Virus record (IMG/VR): IMGVR_UViG_3300012940_001461
Span: 1-35,982 of that record
Strand: one strand, 5' to 3'
DNA length: 35,982 nucleotides
From: a virus
Taxonomy: Duplodnaviria; Caudoviricetes
The translations under genes and the position numbers were made by a program. Below the pieces are notes generated by a model, which was not told the DNA's origin, searched no databases, and saw only the letters and a program-made list of their open reading frames with translations. Numbering within the stretch: position 1 is the stretch's first letter; each line of letters begins with the position of its first letter. Positions 1-9,233 of the stretch are shown here, in pieces.

Positions 1-68
1 TTATTCCCGCACGCGCCGAGCCCCGCGAGCAGTATAATTGCAGCGATCATCAAGCAGAGCGTTCTCAT
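1..68 (-). CDS. Outer-membrane spanin (Rz1-like lipoprotein), 5' part only, runs off window
   Basis: Not in ORF track; ATG at 68 reads MRTLCLMIAAIILLAGLGACGN..., a signal peptide with lipobox LGAC, overlapping the 3' end of the Rz-like gene in another frame. Confidence 0.75.
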   Translation of the reverse strand, partial: MRTLCLMIAAIILLAGLGACGN

Positions 69-411
69 CGATCTTGGCTCCGGGGGCTGTGGATTGCTGT
101 TTTGATTTGGCGAGCTCAGCGGCGAGTTCATCGATCCGCGCAGCATCGTCCGTCGATTGCTCACGCAATCGGTCGATAACCTCCGCATCGCGGGCCGCAC
201 GATCTGAGATAATCTTGAGGTCGCGCTGCAGCGCCTCGATTTGCGCCTGCTTGGCTGCGGAATCGCACTTGGCTTCCGCGATCGACTTGCCATGCTCGAT
301 CAGACCAAAGGCACCGGCGACAATCAGCGCAGCGACGATGCCATAGAGGATCAGTGCGATCTTGCGGGCAGCGAACCAGGCGCCGACGGCAGCGAAAAAT
401 CCGGTGATCAT
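1..411 (-). CDS. Inner-membrane spanin (Rz-like)
   Basis: N-terminal TM helix then coiled-coil-like region; directly after endolysin; overlapping lipoprotein gene. Confidence 0.75.
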   Translation of the reverse strand: MITGFFAAVGAWFAARKIALILYGIVAALIVAGAFGLIEHGKSIAEAKCDSAAKQAQIEALQRDLKIISDRAARDAEVIDRLREQSTDDAARIDELAAELAKSKQQSTAPGAKIDENALLDDRCNYTARGARRVRE

Positions 412-893
412 CGTGCGCCCTCCAGACAGAGCTGACGCTCTTTCTCACGGCGGGCGACGAGGCCGCGCACCACCTGCCCGCCAGCGCGATTGAAAGCCGG
501 AAGCGCGTTGCAGGCGCCAACGATGTCGCCATCGTTGATCCGGCGCGCGACGCTCGAGCGACAGAAGCCGGCCGTGCCGATGTTGTATGTGAGCGATAGG
601 AATGCGACGTAGGGCTTTTCAGGGATCGAGTCCGGATCATCGAGGCAGGCCCGCATGCCCGCTTCGTGCTCGACCAGAGAGCCAATGAACATCCGGTCGC
701 ATTGATCCTTGCTGAAGCGCATGCCCGGCCGGATGCCTTTGGTTTCGCCATAACAGGCCGTCCAGACGCCGATCACGTCCTGATAGGCATAGAGGCGCAG
801 CCCCTCGAAATTGCCGATGAGCGCGATCGCCAGTGCTCCAGCACCCGCAACGGCACCCGCTGCCGCGCCGGTCTTTGTAAGACGCGTCTTCAT
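408..893 (-). CDS. Endolysin, GH24 lysozyme with probable SAR anchor
   Basis: E-x8-D-x5-T triad (FEGLRLYAYQDVIGVWT), YNIG and GLVARR motifs; Gly/Ala-rich weakly hydrophobic N-terminus; ATG 893 overlaps holin stop. Confidence 0.92.
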   Translation of the reverse strand: MKTRLTKTGAAAGAVAGAGALAIALIGNFEGLRLYAYQDVIGVWTACYGETKGIRPGMRFSKDQCDRMFIGSLVEHEAGMRACLDDPDSIPEKPYVAFLSLTYNIGTAGFCRSSVARRINDGDIVGACNALPAFNRAGGQVVRGLVARREKERQLCLEGAR

Positions 894-1114
894 TCTTTCT
901 GCTCGCTGACGTTTGGCTGATAGATGAAGCGCGCCCAAAAGGCGCCGGCGGAGGCGATGCCGGCGCAGATCAGGAAGGTCCAGGCCGGGATCGGCACGAT
1001 CTCTTTCAGGAGCGGCAGGCAGACCTCAGCGACGATGAAGATCATCGCCAGCACATTGAGGCGGACACTCCATGCGCGCTTCAGCACGGATCTGGCATTC
1101 GGGATCAGCCTCAT
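890..1114 (-). CDS. Putative holin (2 TM)
   Basis: MRLIPNARSVLKRAWSVRL..., two hydrophobic segments, charged C-terminus, immediately upstream of endolysin. Confidence 0.7.
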   Translation of the reverse strand: MRLIPNARSVLKRAWSVRLNVLAMIFIVAEVCLPLLKEIVPIPAWTFLICAGIASAGAFWARFIYQPNVSEQKE

Positions 1115-1332
1115 GTCGGCTGCCCCGGCGCGCTGCATTCAAAGATCACATCGACCTTCTGACGCCAATCGGCGCGCACCATCCCGCGCGCATAATCAGC
1201 AAGGCGCGGCGCCATCTTTTCACCGAAGGCCCGGCACTCCTCTGCTGTGCGGAATTCCGACGACTCCGGGATCGGCACCGCGACATAGCCGTTCGATGTC
1301 ACAATCAGCGCCAGCCAGACCAGTGTGATCAT
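1111..1332 (-). CDS. Small hypothetical protein with hydrophobic N-terminus
   Basis: ATGA overlaps on both sides; two Cys. Confidence 0.6.
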   Translation of the reverse strand: MITLVWLALIVTSNGYVAVPIPESSEFRTAEECRAFGEKMAPRLADYARGMVRADWRQKVDVIFECSAPGQPT

Positions 1333-1757
1333 CGCCGCCTCGCAGATGCGTAGATGCCCTGTCGTGGATTGACGACCGTGTAGCCCGCCAGAGAACGGAC
1401 ATGGATGCGCGTCAGGCCGCGTCCGCTATTCGGGTCATAGACCAGCCAGCGATTGCCTCTGACATGCCGCTTGAGGATGAAGACGTGACCGCGCCGCGCG
1501 GCTGCCATGCCAGGCGCTGGCGCCGCCCGCGGCAGCTTCAACCAGTTCGCTGCGAGCCACCATTGCCGGCCTTCCAGACCGACATATCGAGCGGATGCGC
1601 AGCCGCAATAAGCCCGAGGACACCCCGCCGGCCGGCCGCCGACCACCCTTGCCTTCTCTGAAACAGACCCCTGCGCAAACACATTCCATGGCCCCTGTTG
1701 GGCCATGACTGGAGAGGCCGCGCACATGAAGAGCGCAGCCAAGAGGGTGCGGGGCAT
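1329..1757 (-). CDS. Secreted protein, possibly CHAP/NlpC-like cysteine amidase
   Basis: Signal peptide; YCGC...LAANW...PAPG...GHV...DPNS pattern resembling the CHAP Cys-His arrangement. Confidence 0.55.
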   Translation of the reverse strand: MPRTLLAALFMCAASPVMAQQGPWNVFAQGSVSEKARVVGGRPAGCPRAYCGCASARYVGLEGRQWWLAANWLKLPRAAPAPGMAAARRGHVFILKRHVRGNRWLVYDPNSGRGLTRIHVRSLAGYTVVNPRQGIYASARRR

Positions 1758-1936
1758 TAATTCACCTGTGAATTGTGTGATTGGCCGGACAGGTCAAAGC
1801 GGTCGGCAGTCCGCTGGTGTGCTCACGTTCGGTGCCAGGTGTTGTTTTGCCGGCCGTTGGTCTGATGCGCCATTCGGCGCTTTCCCGGTTGACCAATTCT
1901 TGTCCGCGCTGCAAATTTCTGAGCGGGAGGTCGGGC

Positions 1937-2557
1937 ATGGACAACAACAATATACAAAGCGTCGATGGAGAATTAACGAACAAGCCCACCATCACTGGAA
2001 CAGGGAATGCCGTGCGGGTGGGCCGCTACGCGAGAGTATCAGCTCCCATTCATATACACGGCAACAGCAACACGGTGGACATTGCCGAAGGGTGCTTCTT
2101 TGGAGGCTGGCTAGAGATCAGGGCTAATGGAAGCACTGTTCGGATCGGAAGATCATCAACCCTGAGCAGGGTTTTGATGCACATCCAGGAGGGCGGCGAC
2201 ATAGCTGTCGGCGAAGATTGCGCCCTCTCTACGGATATATTCATCTCCACCAGCGATATGCATCCCGCCTATGACATTCAAACAGGCGCGCGGATTAACG
2301 CCGCTGAATCCATAGTCATTGGCAACCATATTTGGGTCGGCACCAGAGCGATAATACTAAAGGGATCCAATATCGGTGACGGATCAATCATCGGTGCCGC
2401 CTCCATAGTTACAGGAGACATCCCCGCCAATGCTATGGCTGCTGGGTCCCCGGCCCGGGTTCGGCGCATGGGGGTTCGTTGGGACCGAAATTTTCCTCCG
2501 GAGCCGGCCGTCCAGCCTGCTCCCACGCCTGCCGCAGCCCCGTTAGCAGTAGGTTGA
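1937..2557 (+). CDS. Hexapeptide-repeat (left-handed beta-helix) O-acyltransferase, moron
   Basis: SDMH, IVIGNHIWVG, IGDGSIIGAASIVTGDIP, AAGSPAR motifs; GGGAGG before ATG 1937; opposite strand to late operon. Confidence 0.88.
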   Translation: MDNNNIQSVDGELTNKPTITGTGNAVRVGRYARVSAPIHIHGNSNTVDIAEGCFFGGWLEIRANGSTVRIGRSSTLSRVLMHIQEGGDIAVGEDCALSTDIFISTSDMHPAYDIQTGARINAAESIVIGNHIWVGTRAIILKGSNIGDGSIIGAASIVTGDIPANAMAAGSPARVRRMGVRWDRNFPPEPAVQPAPTPAAAPLAVG

Positions 2558-2633
2558 CCTCACGCCATGGCCTTCCTTCAAGGTACATGCCGATAGCTGA
2601 GAAAAGATTGTAGTCGATCTGTACTGATTTCAT
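2433..2633 (-). CDS. Small phage protein following tail fibre (YLEGRPWREV motif)
   Basis: AAGGG RBS-like sequence, starts 10 nt after tail-fibre stop; 3' end overlaps acyltransferase. Confidence 0.55.
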   Translation of the reverse strand: MKSVQIDYNLFSAIGMYLEGRPWREVNLLLTGLRQAWEQAGRPAPEENFGPNEPPCAEPGPGTQQP

Positions 2634-2643
2634 GTGGAAGCCC

Positions 2644-4659
2644 TTATGGAATAATAAGCTCGACAAGGTAGCGCTCCAACGTGATCGTTTCCGCGCTGTT
2701 GGCCAACTGCGCGGTCAAAACAAGCGACTGCGTTGAGGTGGTGTCTACAGAGCCAGTTGCGGCGGCACCGCTTGTGATATCCCAAGATTGGGATCCGGCA
2801 TTGAAGGCAATCTGTGAGTTGGCTGAGTTTTGATTTTGAATCTCCTGCTGAACGCGAATGCCTGCACTCGTAGTCAATACTCGTCCCCAGAAGGACGTAC
2901 CAGATAACCCACCAAGCCGTGTTCTCAACGTTTTGTTATTTGCTGAGTTTGTGTAACTCCATTGGGATGTGACACGCAAAATGCCATTCGTTCCCATTAC
3001 GTTTGCTGGAACACTGATTGTTGCGAGCGCTGTCTCTGACGTTGTACCTGTCACAGAGGTGGACGTAGCGCCCGAGCCGAGCACATAAACGCCCTTAACG
3101 AGGCGGGTGCTTAGGGTTGCCCCATCAATCGTTGGATTTGTTCCGCGGACTACAGAACCGGTGCCAGTATTTGCGGTAACAGCAACGCCGTTGATTAGAA
3201 ACGAATTGCCAACACCTGCTGTGTCGAACGATTTGTTAGTGAAGCTGTCGCTAGATGCTGGCGTTACAAAAGCCTCCTCAACTCCAGCAGAGTTCTTCTG
3301 GTAGAACCGTCCATCGCTCTTTGGATAATAACTCGCATAAGTAGAGATAGGTGTGGCTGGCGATGTTTGCTCTTTCAACCAGACAGGATTCGCGCTTAGC
3401 AGCTTGTCCGAATACAGCTGCATGACAGAGGAGCCAGAGCTTCCCGTCCAGTTCCAGGCAGAAATCGAGGAGTTATATTCAAAGTAGACCGCTCCGAGCG
3501 AGGTGGCAAAGAAGCCGTTAGATGAAGACGCATTAGCGTAATATCTATCGTTAGCCTTCACTGCGACCGCAGCTTTGGATGTGTTCGTTGTGATGTGCGA
3601 GAAGTCTAGTCCAACGTTGACTTTTCCAACGCCAGAATAGAACGAATCTACAAACGCCGACCCAGTTGATTGGGGCCGGAAACCGATCCAGCAAGCTCCG
3701 TTCGCTCCGGTCGCATTTTCCCGCTTGAGACCTATAACCGGCCCGATTGCAGCAATGTCAAAACCGTTATCGACCGCGTTGATTTCGAGCAGGTTGGCAT
3801 AAATACCATTCGCACCAGCCTCGACCGTGCCGTTTAGGAGCACACCTGCTGGATTAGCCAAGAACGAGGTAGAGCCTGGTTTTGTGCCGACAACATATAC
3901 GTTGCCGTTATACACAACGGCATCACCATTGCCGCCGTGAAAAATGCTCCCTTTATGGATCGGCATCCCGGTGCGGCCACCGTTGCCTGACGTAGATTCG
4001 TTATGCCCAGCCGTCGAAGAAATGAACATGTAGTGATAAAATGGGATCGCACCGGTTGTGTATTCATATCCGGTTGTCGGGGTGCCCAGCGTTCCAGTCC
4101 CCGAGACATAGGTCTCCGATGCAATATGGTTTTTGGAAAAATCACCATTGAAGGCAAATAACGGCCCGCCACCCCCACCAACAAACGTTGGACGAGAAGT
4201 AATGTGCGAGGACCACGGCGCTCGTTGATTACCAGACGAATCAAGAACCCTGCCTGGTCCAAACCACCTGCCCGGGAAAACGGAGGCACTGAAGTTGCTG
4301 GGATATTCCCCAGCAGCCACAAAGTACGGCGCCTCCCCGCTTGCGGCAGCGGCCTTCGAAAGAGCGGTCGAGTTTTCCGCTGCAGATGCATGTTCAGAAA
4401 GACCGTGATCGCGCGCATCTACAATCCCAAACCGCTGCGCCTCGACATTCTCCCTCGCCTGCTCTTTCTGCTCGTCGGTGAGGGATTGGGCATCATATCC
4501 AACAGCCGCGATGTTTTCTCGAGCCTGAGTGCGCTGGGCGTCAGTTAGCGCCTGCTCGTCATAAAGAAGAATGCCGGGCTTATTGATTACATCGTCGTAA
4601 TCAAGCTTGATGACCGAGGCCATCCGGGAATTGCGATTGCCTTGGAATTGAAGTGCCAT
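2644..4659 (-). CDS. Tail fibre/tailspike, receptor-binding protein
   Basis: Two N-terminal Q(A/S)LTDxQxxQAREN repeats, then VDARDHG and Gly/Ser/Thr/Asn-rich beta-type body; TGATG coupling to upstream gene. Confidence 0.8.
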   Translation of the reverse strand: MALQFQGNRNSRMASVIKLDYDDVINKPGILLYDEQALTDAQRTQARENIAAVGYDAQSLTDEQKEQARENVEAQRFGIVDARDHGLSEHASAAENSTALSKAAAASGEAPYFVAAGEYPSNFSASVFPGRWFGPGRVLDSSGNQRAPWSSHITSRPTFVGGGGGPLFAFNGDFSKNHIASETYVSGTGTLGTPTTGYEYTTGAIPFYHYMFISSTAGHNESTSGNGGRTGMPIHKGSIFHGGNGDAVVYNGNVYVVGTKPGSTSFLANPAGVLLNGTVEAGANGIYANLLEINAVDNGFDIAAIGPVIGLKRENATGANGACWIGFRPQSTGSAFVDSFYSGVGKVNVGLDFSHITTNTSKAAVAVKANDRYYANASSSNGFFATSLGAVYFEYNSSISAWNWTGSSGSSVMQLYSDKLLSANPVWLKEQTSPATPISTYASYYPKSDGRFYQKNSAGVEEAFVTPASSDSFTNKSFDTAGVGNSFLINGVAVTANTGTGSVVRGTNPTIDGATLSTRLVKGVYVLGSGATSTSVTGTTSETALATISVPANVMGTNGILRVTSQWSYTNSANNKTLRTRLGGLSGTSFWGRVLTTSAGIRVQQEIQNQNSANSQIAFNAGSQSWDITSGAAATGSVDTTSTQSLVLTAQLANSAETITLERYLVELIIP

Positions 4660-5039
4660 CAGCTTGCACCCTTGGAGAAAGTCACGATGCCGCGCGCCCA
4701 CAGGATGACGTTCGGAGCGCCATCGACCGTTGGAGATGCATCGGTTGATGTGATGTCGCAGAAATAATCACCGCACATGGAGGACAGGCGGCTCTGAGCG
4801 GCGCGCACACTCAAAACGCTGTTGGCGATGGAAAGTCCGCTCCCACTTGAAAGTGTCAGATCGGCCGGACATCCGGGAGAGCGATAAAACACCATCTTCC
4901 ATGTGTGATCATCGATGTCTGGATACGGATCGCCGTTCAGCGTAATCTCGATATCTTCTGACCATGTTTCTCCGGTCTCGACCACGCCTGAGAAAATATT
5001 GCGGGCCGCCGTTGGATTGATGCCGCGGCTTCTCCTCAT
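4659..5039 (-). CDS. Beta-sandwich tail-fibre adaptor (BppU-N-like)
   Basis: GETW...GLSI...GDYFCDI...G(I)V pattern; coupled between two tail genes. Confidence 0.5.
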   Translation of the reverse strand: MRRSRGINPTAARNIFSGVVETGETWSEDIEITLNGDPYPDIDDHTWKMVFYRSPGCPADLTLSSGSGLSIANSVLSVRAAQSRLSSMCGDYFCDITSTDASPTVDGAPNVILWARGIVTFSKGAS

Positions 5040-6088
5040 GGTGCAAGCCACTCTTCAATTTCAAGAGCCGAGATGACGATTCCGCCAAGCGTGTTCGATC
5101 CGTTGAAGGTGACGGTTGCCGATGTGCTGGGGCCGCAGATGACTGAATAATTGATGGCTGTTGTGTTTCCGGGGCTTTCCTCATACTCAAAAACGAGTGA
5201 CCCGGCCTCCGAAGCCTGGTGAGAACCGGACACACCAGAAATCGAACTCAGCGCAGAATTCTTGTGAAGATGAGCCGTGACGGTGCCAGATGCATTCACG
5301 CTGTAGTGAAGAAGCACCTTCACCTTGATCAAGGATGAGGCGCTTTTCGGTGTAATCGTTCCGGTGAATGCTTCCGTTCCCTCAGTGATCTGCGGATTTG
5401 TGCTGTCAAATGGACATTGCGTTGTGCCTGATGCATTCGAAAGCTCCGTCACCCGCACCCGCTGCAACATGAAACGGCCGGACCCCGTCGCAAAGTCAGC
5501 CGGGAGCGCCTGGCCCTGCCGCATGAGGTTGGCCCATGCAGATCCATTGTCCGCTTCAAAATAGCCGGTTTCTGAATTATAGCGGACGCTGACAATGCCG
5601 GCGGTTGGCCGTTGCGCGGTCGTACCGGCCGCAATCCGGGTCCGGGTCGTAAGTGTGTAGCCAGCCCAGGTCTGAAGATTGGATATGTCGGATTGCGCCG
5701 TAGCCATGTCCGTGGCTGCGGCGGCGCCCAGGCTGGTCCGCGCAGCCGGAGCCGTTGTCGCGCCTGTTCCGCCATTCGCAACCGGTAGAGCTCCGGAGCC
5801 AATAGAGACGCCCGGGTCAATGTTATCCTTTGACCAATCGGTCAGTGGCGCTTCGTCAGCATCCGTAACCAGCACCTTATAGGATGCCGTTGCGATGTAC
5901 CGCATCGGGTGCTGGCCAGCGGCATTGCAGATGATCGGATTGGCCGCTGCGACGGTCAGCGCCGGATCGGAATAGACGCTGAGTGGCGTGGTTGTGCCAG
6001 CAGCGTACACGTATACTTTGGCGCCGTTATATGGTACGCCATCAGCATCCGATATTTGCTGAAAGCTTGTAATTACTGCAATTGCCAT
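5036..6088 (-). CDS. Tail protein with virion-anchoring (head-binding-like) N-terminal domain
   Basis: DADGVPYNGAKVYVYAAGTTTP...NPII N-terminus; GALPVANGGTGATTAPAARTSLG fibre motif. Confidence 0.75.
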   Translation of the reverse strand: MAIAVITSFQQISDADGVPYNGAKVYVYAAGTTTPLSVYSDPALTVAAANPIICNAAGQHPMRYIATASYKVLVTDADEAPLTDWSKDNIDPGVSIGSGALPVANGGTGATTAPAARTSLGAAAATDMATAQSDISNLQTWAGYTLTTRTRIAAGTTAQRPTAGIVSVRYNSETGYFEADNGSAWANLMRQGQALPADFATGSGRFMLQRVRVTELSNASGTTQCPFDSTNPQITEGTEAFTGTITPKSASSLIKVKVLLHYSVNASGTVTAHLHKNSALSSISGVSGSHQASEAGSLVFEYEESPGNTTAINYSVICGPSTSATVTFNGSNTLGGIVISALEIEEWLAP

Positions 6089-6096
6089 CGCGGCCT

Positions 6097-6128
6097 CAAA
6101 GGAAAAGGCCGCCCATGAGGACGGCCTT
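6097..6128 (-). terminator. Putative intrinsic terminator after ejection genes
   Basis: Minus strand AAGGCCGTCC-TCAT-GGGCGGCCTT followed by TTCCTTT. Confidence 0.55.
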
Positions 6129-6183
6129 GAGAATTGCGTTTACTTGCTTTTTGGTCTTCGCCTGGCTCATCCCAGGCTACCCT

Positions 6184-8259
6184 TTAGGGTTTTGGCTGTT
6201 CGTCTTCGGCGCGAGCGTTCACGCGGCCCTGAATCGCCTTCATGAACTCAGAGGGGGAAAGAGTAATCCCGGCATCTTTCAGATTGTTCACAAGGTTGCG
6301 ACTAGCGAGCGCAAACTGGGCAACTTCCGGAGCGGACGGCACATCGGATAGAGCATTCGCTTTCTTGCTCCAGTCCGACAATGATGATTCCATTTGTCTG
6401 GCCAGAGGTGACCGCGACCGGATAATTTCGTCAAGCTTCGCAAGCTGACTTCCGGTCATAATGTCGGACAGCTTCTTGGCTGCAAACCCAACAACCGGAA
6501 CTCCTACTGCTCCAGCCGGCCCAAGAAAGGCAAAGCCACCGCCGCCAGACAGAGTAGCAGACACCACTCCGGTGGGGGCCAACTTGCCGAGCAAGCGGGC
6601 CGTATTGCCGACGCGCGTGCCAGAAACAATCTTGCGCATCTGCGTGATTTCTTCTGGCGAGAACCCCTTAAGCTCCTTCGGACTCCGCAGAATATCCTTT
6701 ATGCGCTGACGCATTGCATTATCGATATTTGCGCCAGAGCCGCCGCTTGCTGCCTGAAGATCGGCAAGCTCTTCCGCCCTACCAACACGTTCGGATCGCT
6801 TTGCAGCCGCGAAATTACCTCTGGCATCACTTACTACGCGAGATAGCTCATTTGCGTTTCCGGAAACTGCTGCCCCTGGAGCGCTAAAAAACTCGTCGAG
6901 ACTGTTGATAGCTCGCATTGCAGCGGCAGCATCAGATCGCGCAATTCCATCGGCGCTACTGCTACCCTGAGCAATTTTGGACAAACCGCGGCGGACACTT
7001 TCCAAGTCGCTGAAACTAGCGGCAGCGCCTCGCCCAGCTTCATCGGCCGCGTTTCCGACCATTCCCAACAAACGATAGGTGTTCGGAGCGGTGATCTGAT
7101 TAAAGCCGTCATTAATTAAGCCGCGCTGAATATTGAATGACATGTCAGCGACTGCCGCTGGATCATATCGAACGCCCATATTACGGGCCTGATTGTATCC
7201 CTGCTCTGCAGCTTCAAACAGCGCCTCCCTTGTCGGCGCAGCAATTTGCCTAGGCCTTATAGCATTGGCCGCAGGAATTGCAGCGCGAGCAGTCGGCGCG
7301 CCAGCCACAAGTCCTGGCGCGAGAACGCGGCTGACGGATACAGCAGGATTCTCGTTCGTCGCCTCGGTCCGAGCGAATACCTTAAGCTGGTTGTCTTGCG
7401 GGTCACGCAGAATAACATGCTTCGACCGATCGGTTTCAACAAGCTGCCCCGTCTTCGGGTCTCGGAACATCGCCATGCCAGCGTCGTTCTCAAAGACCTG
7501 ATCTGAAACCAGGTTTTGTCGCTGCAGGTCCATAATGGGCGTCGTGCCCTGCCCGCCCGCAATCTGCTGGTTCTGGTTCTCAACAGACAACCGCATGGCC
7601 GGCGTCACGTCCATGCCGGCGAAGCGCTCGTTAAATGTCGCCGGAGTAGCCTCAGCCGGTCTGGCTTGCGGTAATGGAACATCCGCGCTCTGCGGTATCA
7701 GGTCATCGAATGACAAGGCCGCAGGCTGCCGAGCCTGGGAACTCAACTCCGTGGCCATCCGCTGACCAAAACCAGACGTGGCGCTATTAGGTTCTGCGCC
7801 CCCCGGCAAACTCGTCCACGTACGACTGAGTGCGCCACCGATGAAATTCAGCTTTGACGGATTGCCTTTGGCGCCCTCAAGATCGGACCATAGATCGCGG
7901 CCAGTGCGCGCCTTGTAATCCCGCTCCGCAAGCCACACAGCGGCAGCGTCCTGCGACTCTGGAGAAAAATCAGGCAGGCCAAGAGCACTCTTCGCTTCGT
8001 CCCATGTCCCTTCCAGGAATTGGTAGCGGCCAGCGGCCGATGACGTGCGGCCGGCATTCGGCCCCGATGCAATCGGAATGTTCTGGCGCGGATGGTCGAT
8101 CAGTTCTTCAAAGCGCCGGCCGCCGTACATGGTGTTGTAATCTGGCGATTCCCCGGCAGCCGTCGAATTAAGGAACGCGCGCTGGATTGGCGTGATCGTA
8201 ATCCGGGGCCGGCTAGATGCAGCCTGCTGTGGGATCAGATCATCGAACATTCCGGCCAT
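6184..8259 (-). CDS. Large internal virion/DNA-ejection protein with N-terminal lambda-R-type (GH104) lytic transglycosylase domain
   Basis: RAFL...GES.DY..YGG...HP...SSAAGRYQFL..TW...LPDFSPESQD...WTSLPG; Ala-rich helical remainder; third ejection-gene position. Confidence 0.85.
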   Translation of the reverse strand: MAGMFDDLIPQQAASSRPRITITPIQRAFLNSTAAGESPDYNTMYGGRRFEELIDHPRQNIPIASGPNAGRTSSAAGRYQFLEGTWDEAKSALGLPDFSPESQDAAAVWLAERDYKARTGRDLWSDLEGAKGNPSKLNFIGGALSRTWTSLPGGAEPNSATSGFGQRMATELSSQARQPAALSFDDLIPQSADVPLPQARPAEATPATFNERFAGMDVTPAMRLSVENQNQQIAGGQGTTPIMDLQRQNLVSDQVFENDAGMAMFRDPKTGQLVETDRSKHVILRDPQDNQLKVFARTEATNENPAVSVSRVLAPGLVAGAPTARAAIPAANAIRPRQIAAPTREALFEAAEQGYNQARNMGVRYDPAAVADMSFNIQRGLINDGFNQITAPNTYRLLGMVGNAADEAGRGAAASFSDLESVRRGLSKIAQGSSSADGIARSDAAAAMRAINSLDEFFSAPGAAVSGNANELSRVVSDARGNFAAAKRSERVGRAEELADLQAASGGSGANIDNAMRQRIKDILRSPKELKGFSPEEITQMRKIVSGTRVGNTARLLGKLAPTGVVSATLSGGGGFAFLGPAGAVGVPVVGFAAKKLSDIMTGSQLAKLDEIIRSRSPLARQMESSLSDWSKKANALSDVPSAPEVAQFALASRNLVNNLKDAGITLSPSEFMKAIQGRVNARAEDEQPKP

Positions 8260-9233
8260 TACAGTCCGCTCGGATCAATACCATTTTGCTGAAGTCTCTG
8301 AATCACCGCATTTCGGTCGGCGCCGCGCGATATAGCGTCACGAGCCGCCGCTAATGGATCTGAACGCGCAGGCGCTGTGGCAGTCGGCTGTCCGCCGCCC
8401 GGCTTAAAGTAATCACCGCCACGAAGTTGATTGATCCGGGATTGGTTGAGTTGCTGCTTGCGCTGGGCAAGCGTCAACATCCTGTCGATCGTTCGCACCT
8501 TGAGTTCCGGGGGGGCCTTCGGATCAGCCAGAATTGTAGTATAGCGATTCATTTCCTGATCGGTCGTGGCGCCCTTCAGCGTCTCCGCCATGTTTTTGAT
8601 GGCTTCGCCAGAGAGAAGCTGATTCAGTTCAACCGTCGCCTGAGATGTTTCAGGGTCGGCAATAAAGTCTGGCACCAAGATATCGGGCAGGTTTGCGCCG
8701 ATGCTGCCGCGAACACCGGCCGTGTAGCCAGAGTACGCCTTGGGCGCCAGCTCCTTTGCCCGCGTCAAGGACTCGATAGTCGATTGCAACGGCACATTGG
8801 CGTCTTCCGCATCAAATATCGCCTTCTTGTCCGTCGCGCTGATCGGCGTATCCGTGCGCGGAAATAGAGCCTTTCTGCCCTCTGCGGAGGCGGGATCAAT
8901 CCCGGCAGCCCGAAGAATCTGAAGCTGCGCAGGGGTTTCTTGGCGGCTCGCGTTTCTTCGCGCAACATCCAGCATCCCTCGCTGATACTCTTGCGTTGCA
9001 GCCTGATTGCCGAAGTTGGCAAGAGCATTGGCGCCTTGGATATCGCCTGCCCCAATCAATCTCGCCAATGCGGAGCGGGTATCGCCCCCCGACAAAAGCG
9101 CATTTTGCGCCTCGCGCCTGGCGCTATCCTGTGCGTTCTGATTACGCATGTCGCGCGTCTGCTTATAACCAGCATCGAACGACATCAGCGCTTCAAGCGC
9201 CGAAGGAACGCGGACTTCGAAGGGATTCGCCAT
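8259..9233 (-). CDS. Internal virion/ejection protein
   Basis: Ala/Gln-rich helical; second of three coupled genes after tail hub. Confidence 0.7.
   Translation of the reverse strand: MANPFEVRVPSALEALMSFDAGYKQTRDMRNQNAQDSARREAQNALLSGGDTRSALARLIGAGDIQGANALANFGNQAATQEYQRGMLDVARRNASRQETPAQLQILRAAGIDPASAEGRKALFPRTDTPISATDKKAIFDAEDANVPLQSTIESLTRAKELAPKAYSGYTAGVRGSIGANLPDILVPDFIADPETSQATVELNQLLSGEAIKNMAETLKGATTDQEMNRYTTILADPKAPPELKVRTIDRMLTLAQRKQQLNQSRINQLRGGDYFKPGGGQPTATAPARSDPLAAARDAISRGADRNAVIQRLQQNGIDPSGL

Noticed and set aside
7098-7120. TTAA pair as CtrA box
   Set aside because: Spacing is 8 not 7 and it lies within coding sequence
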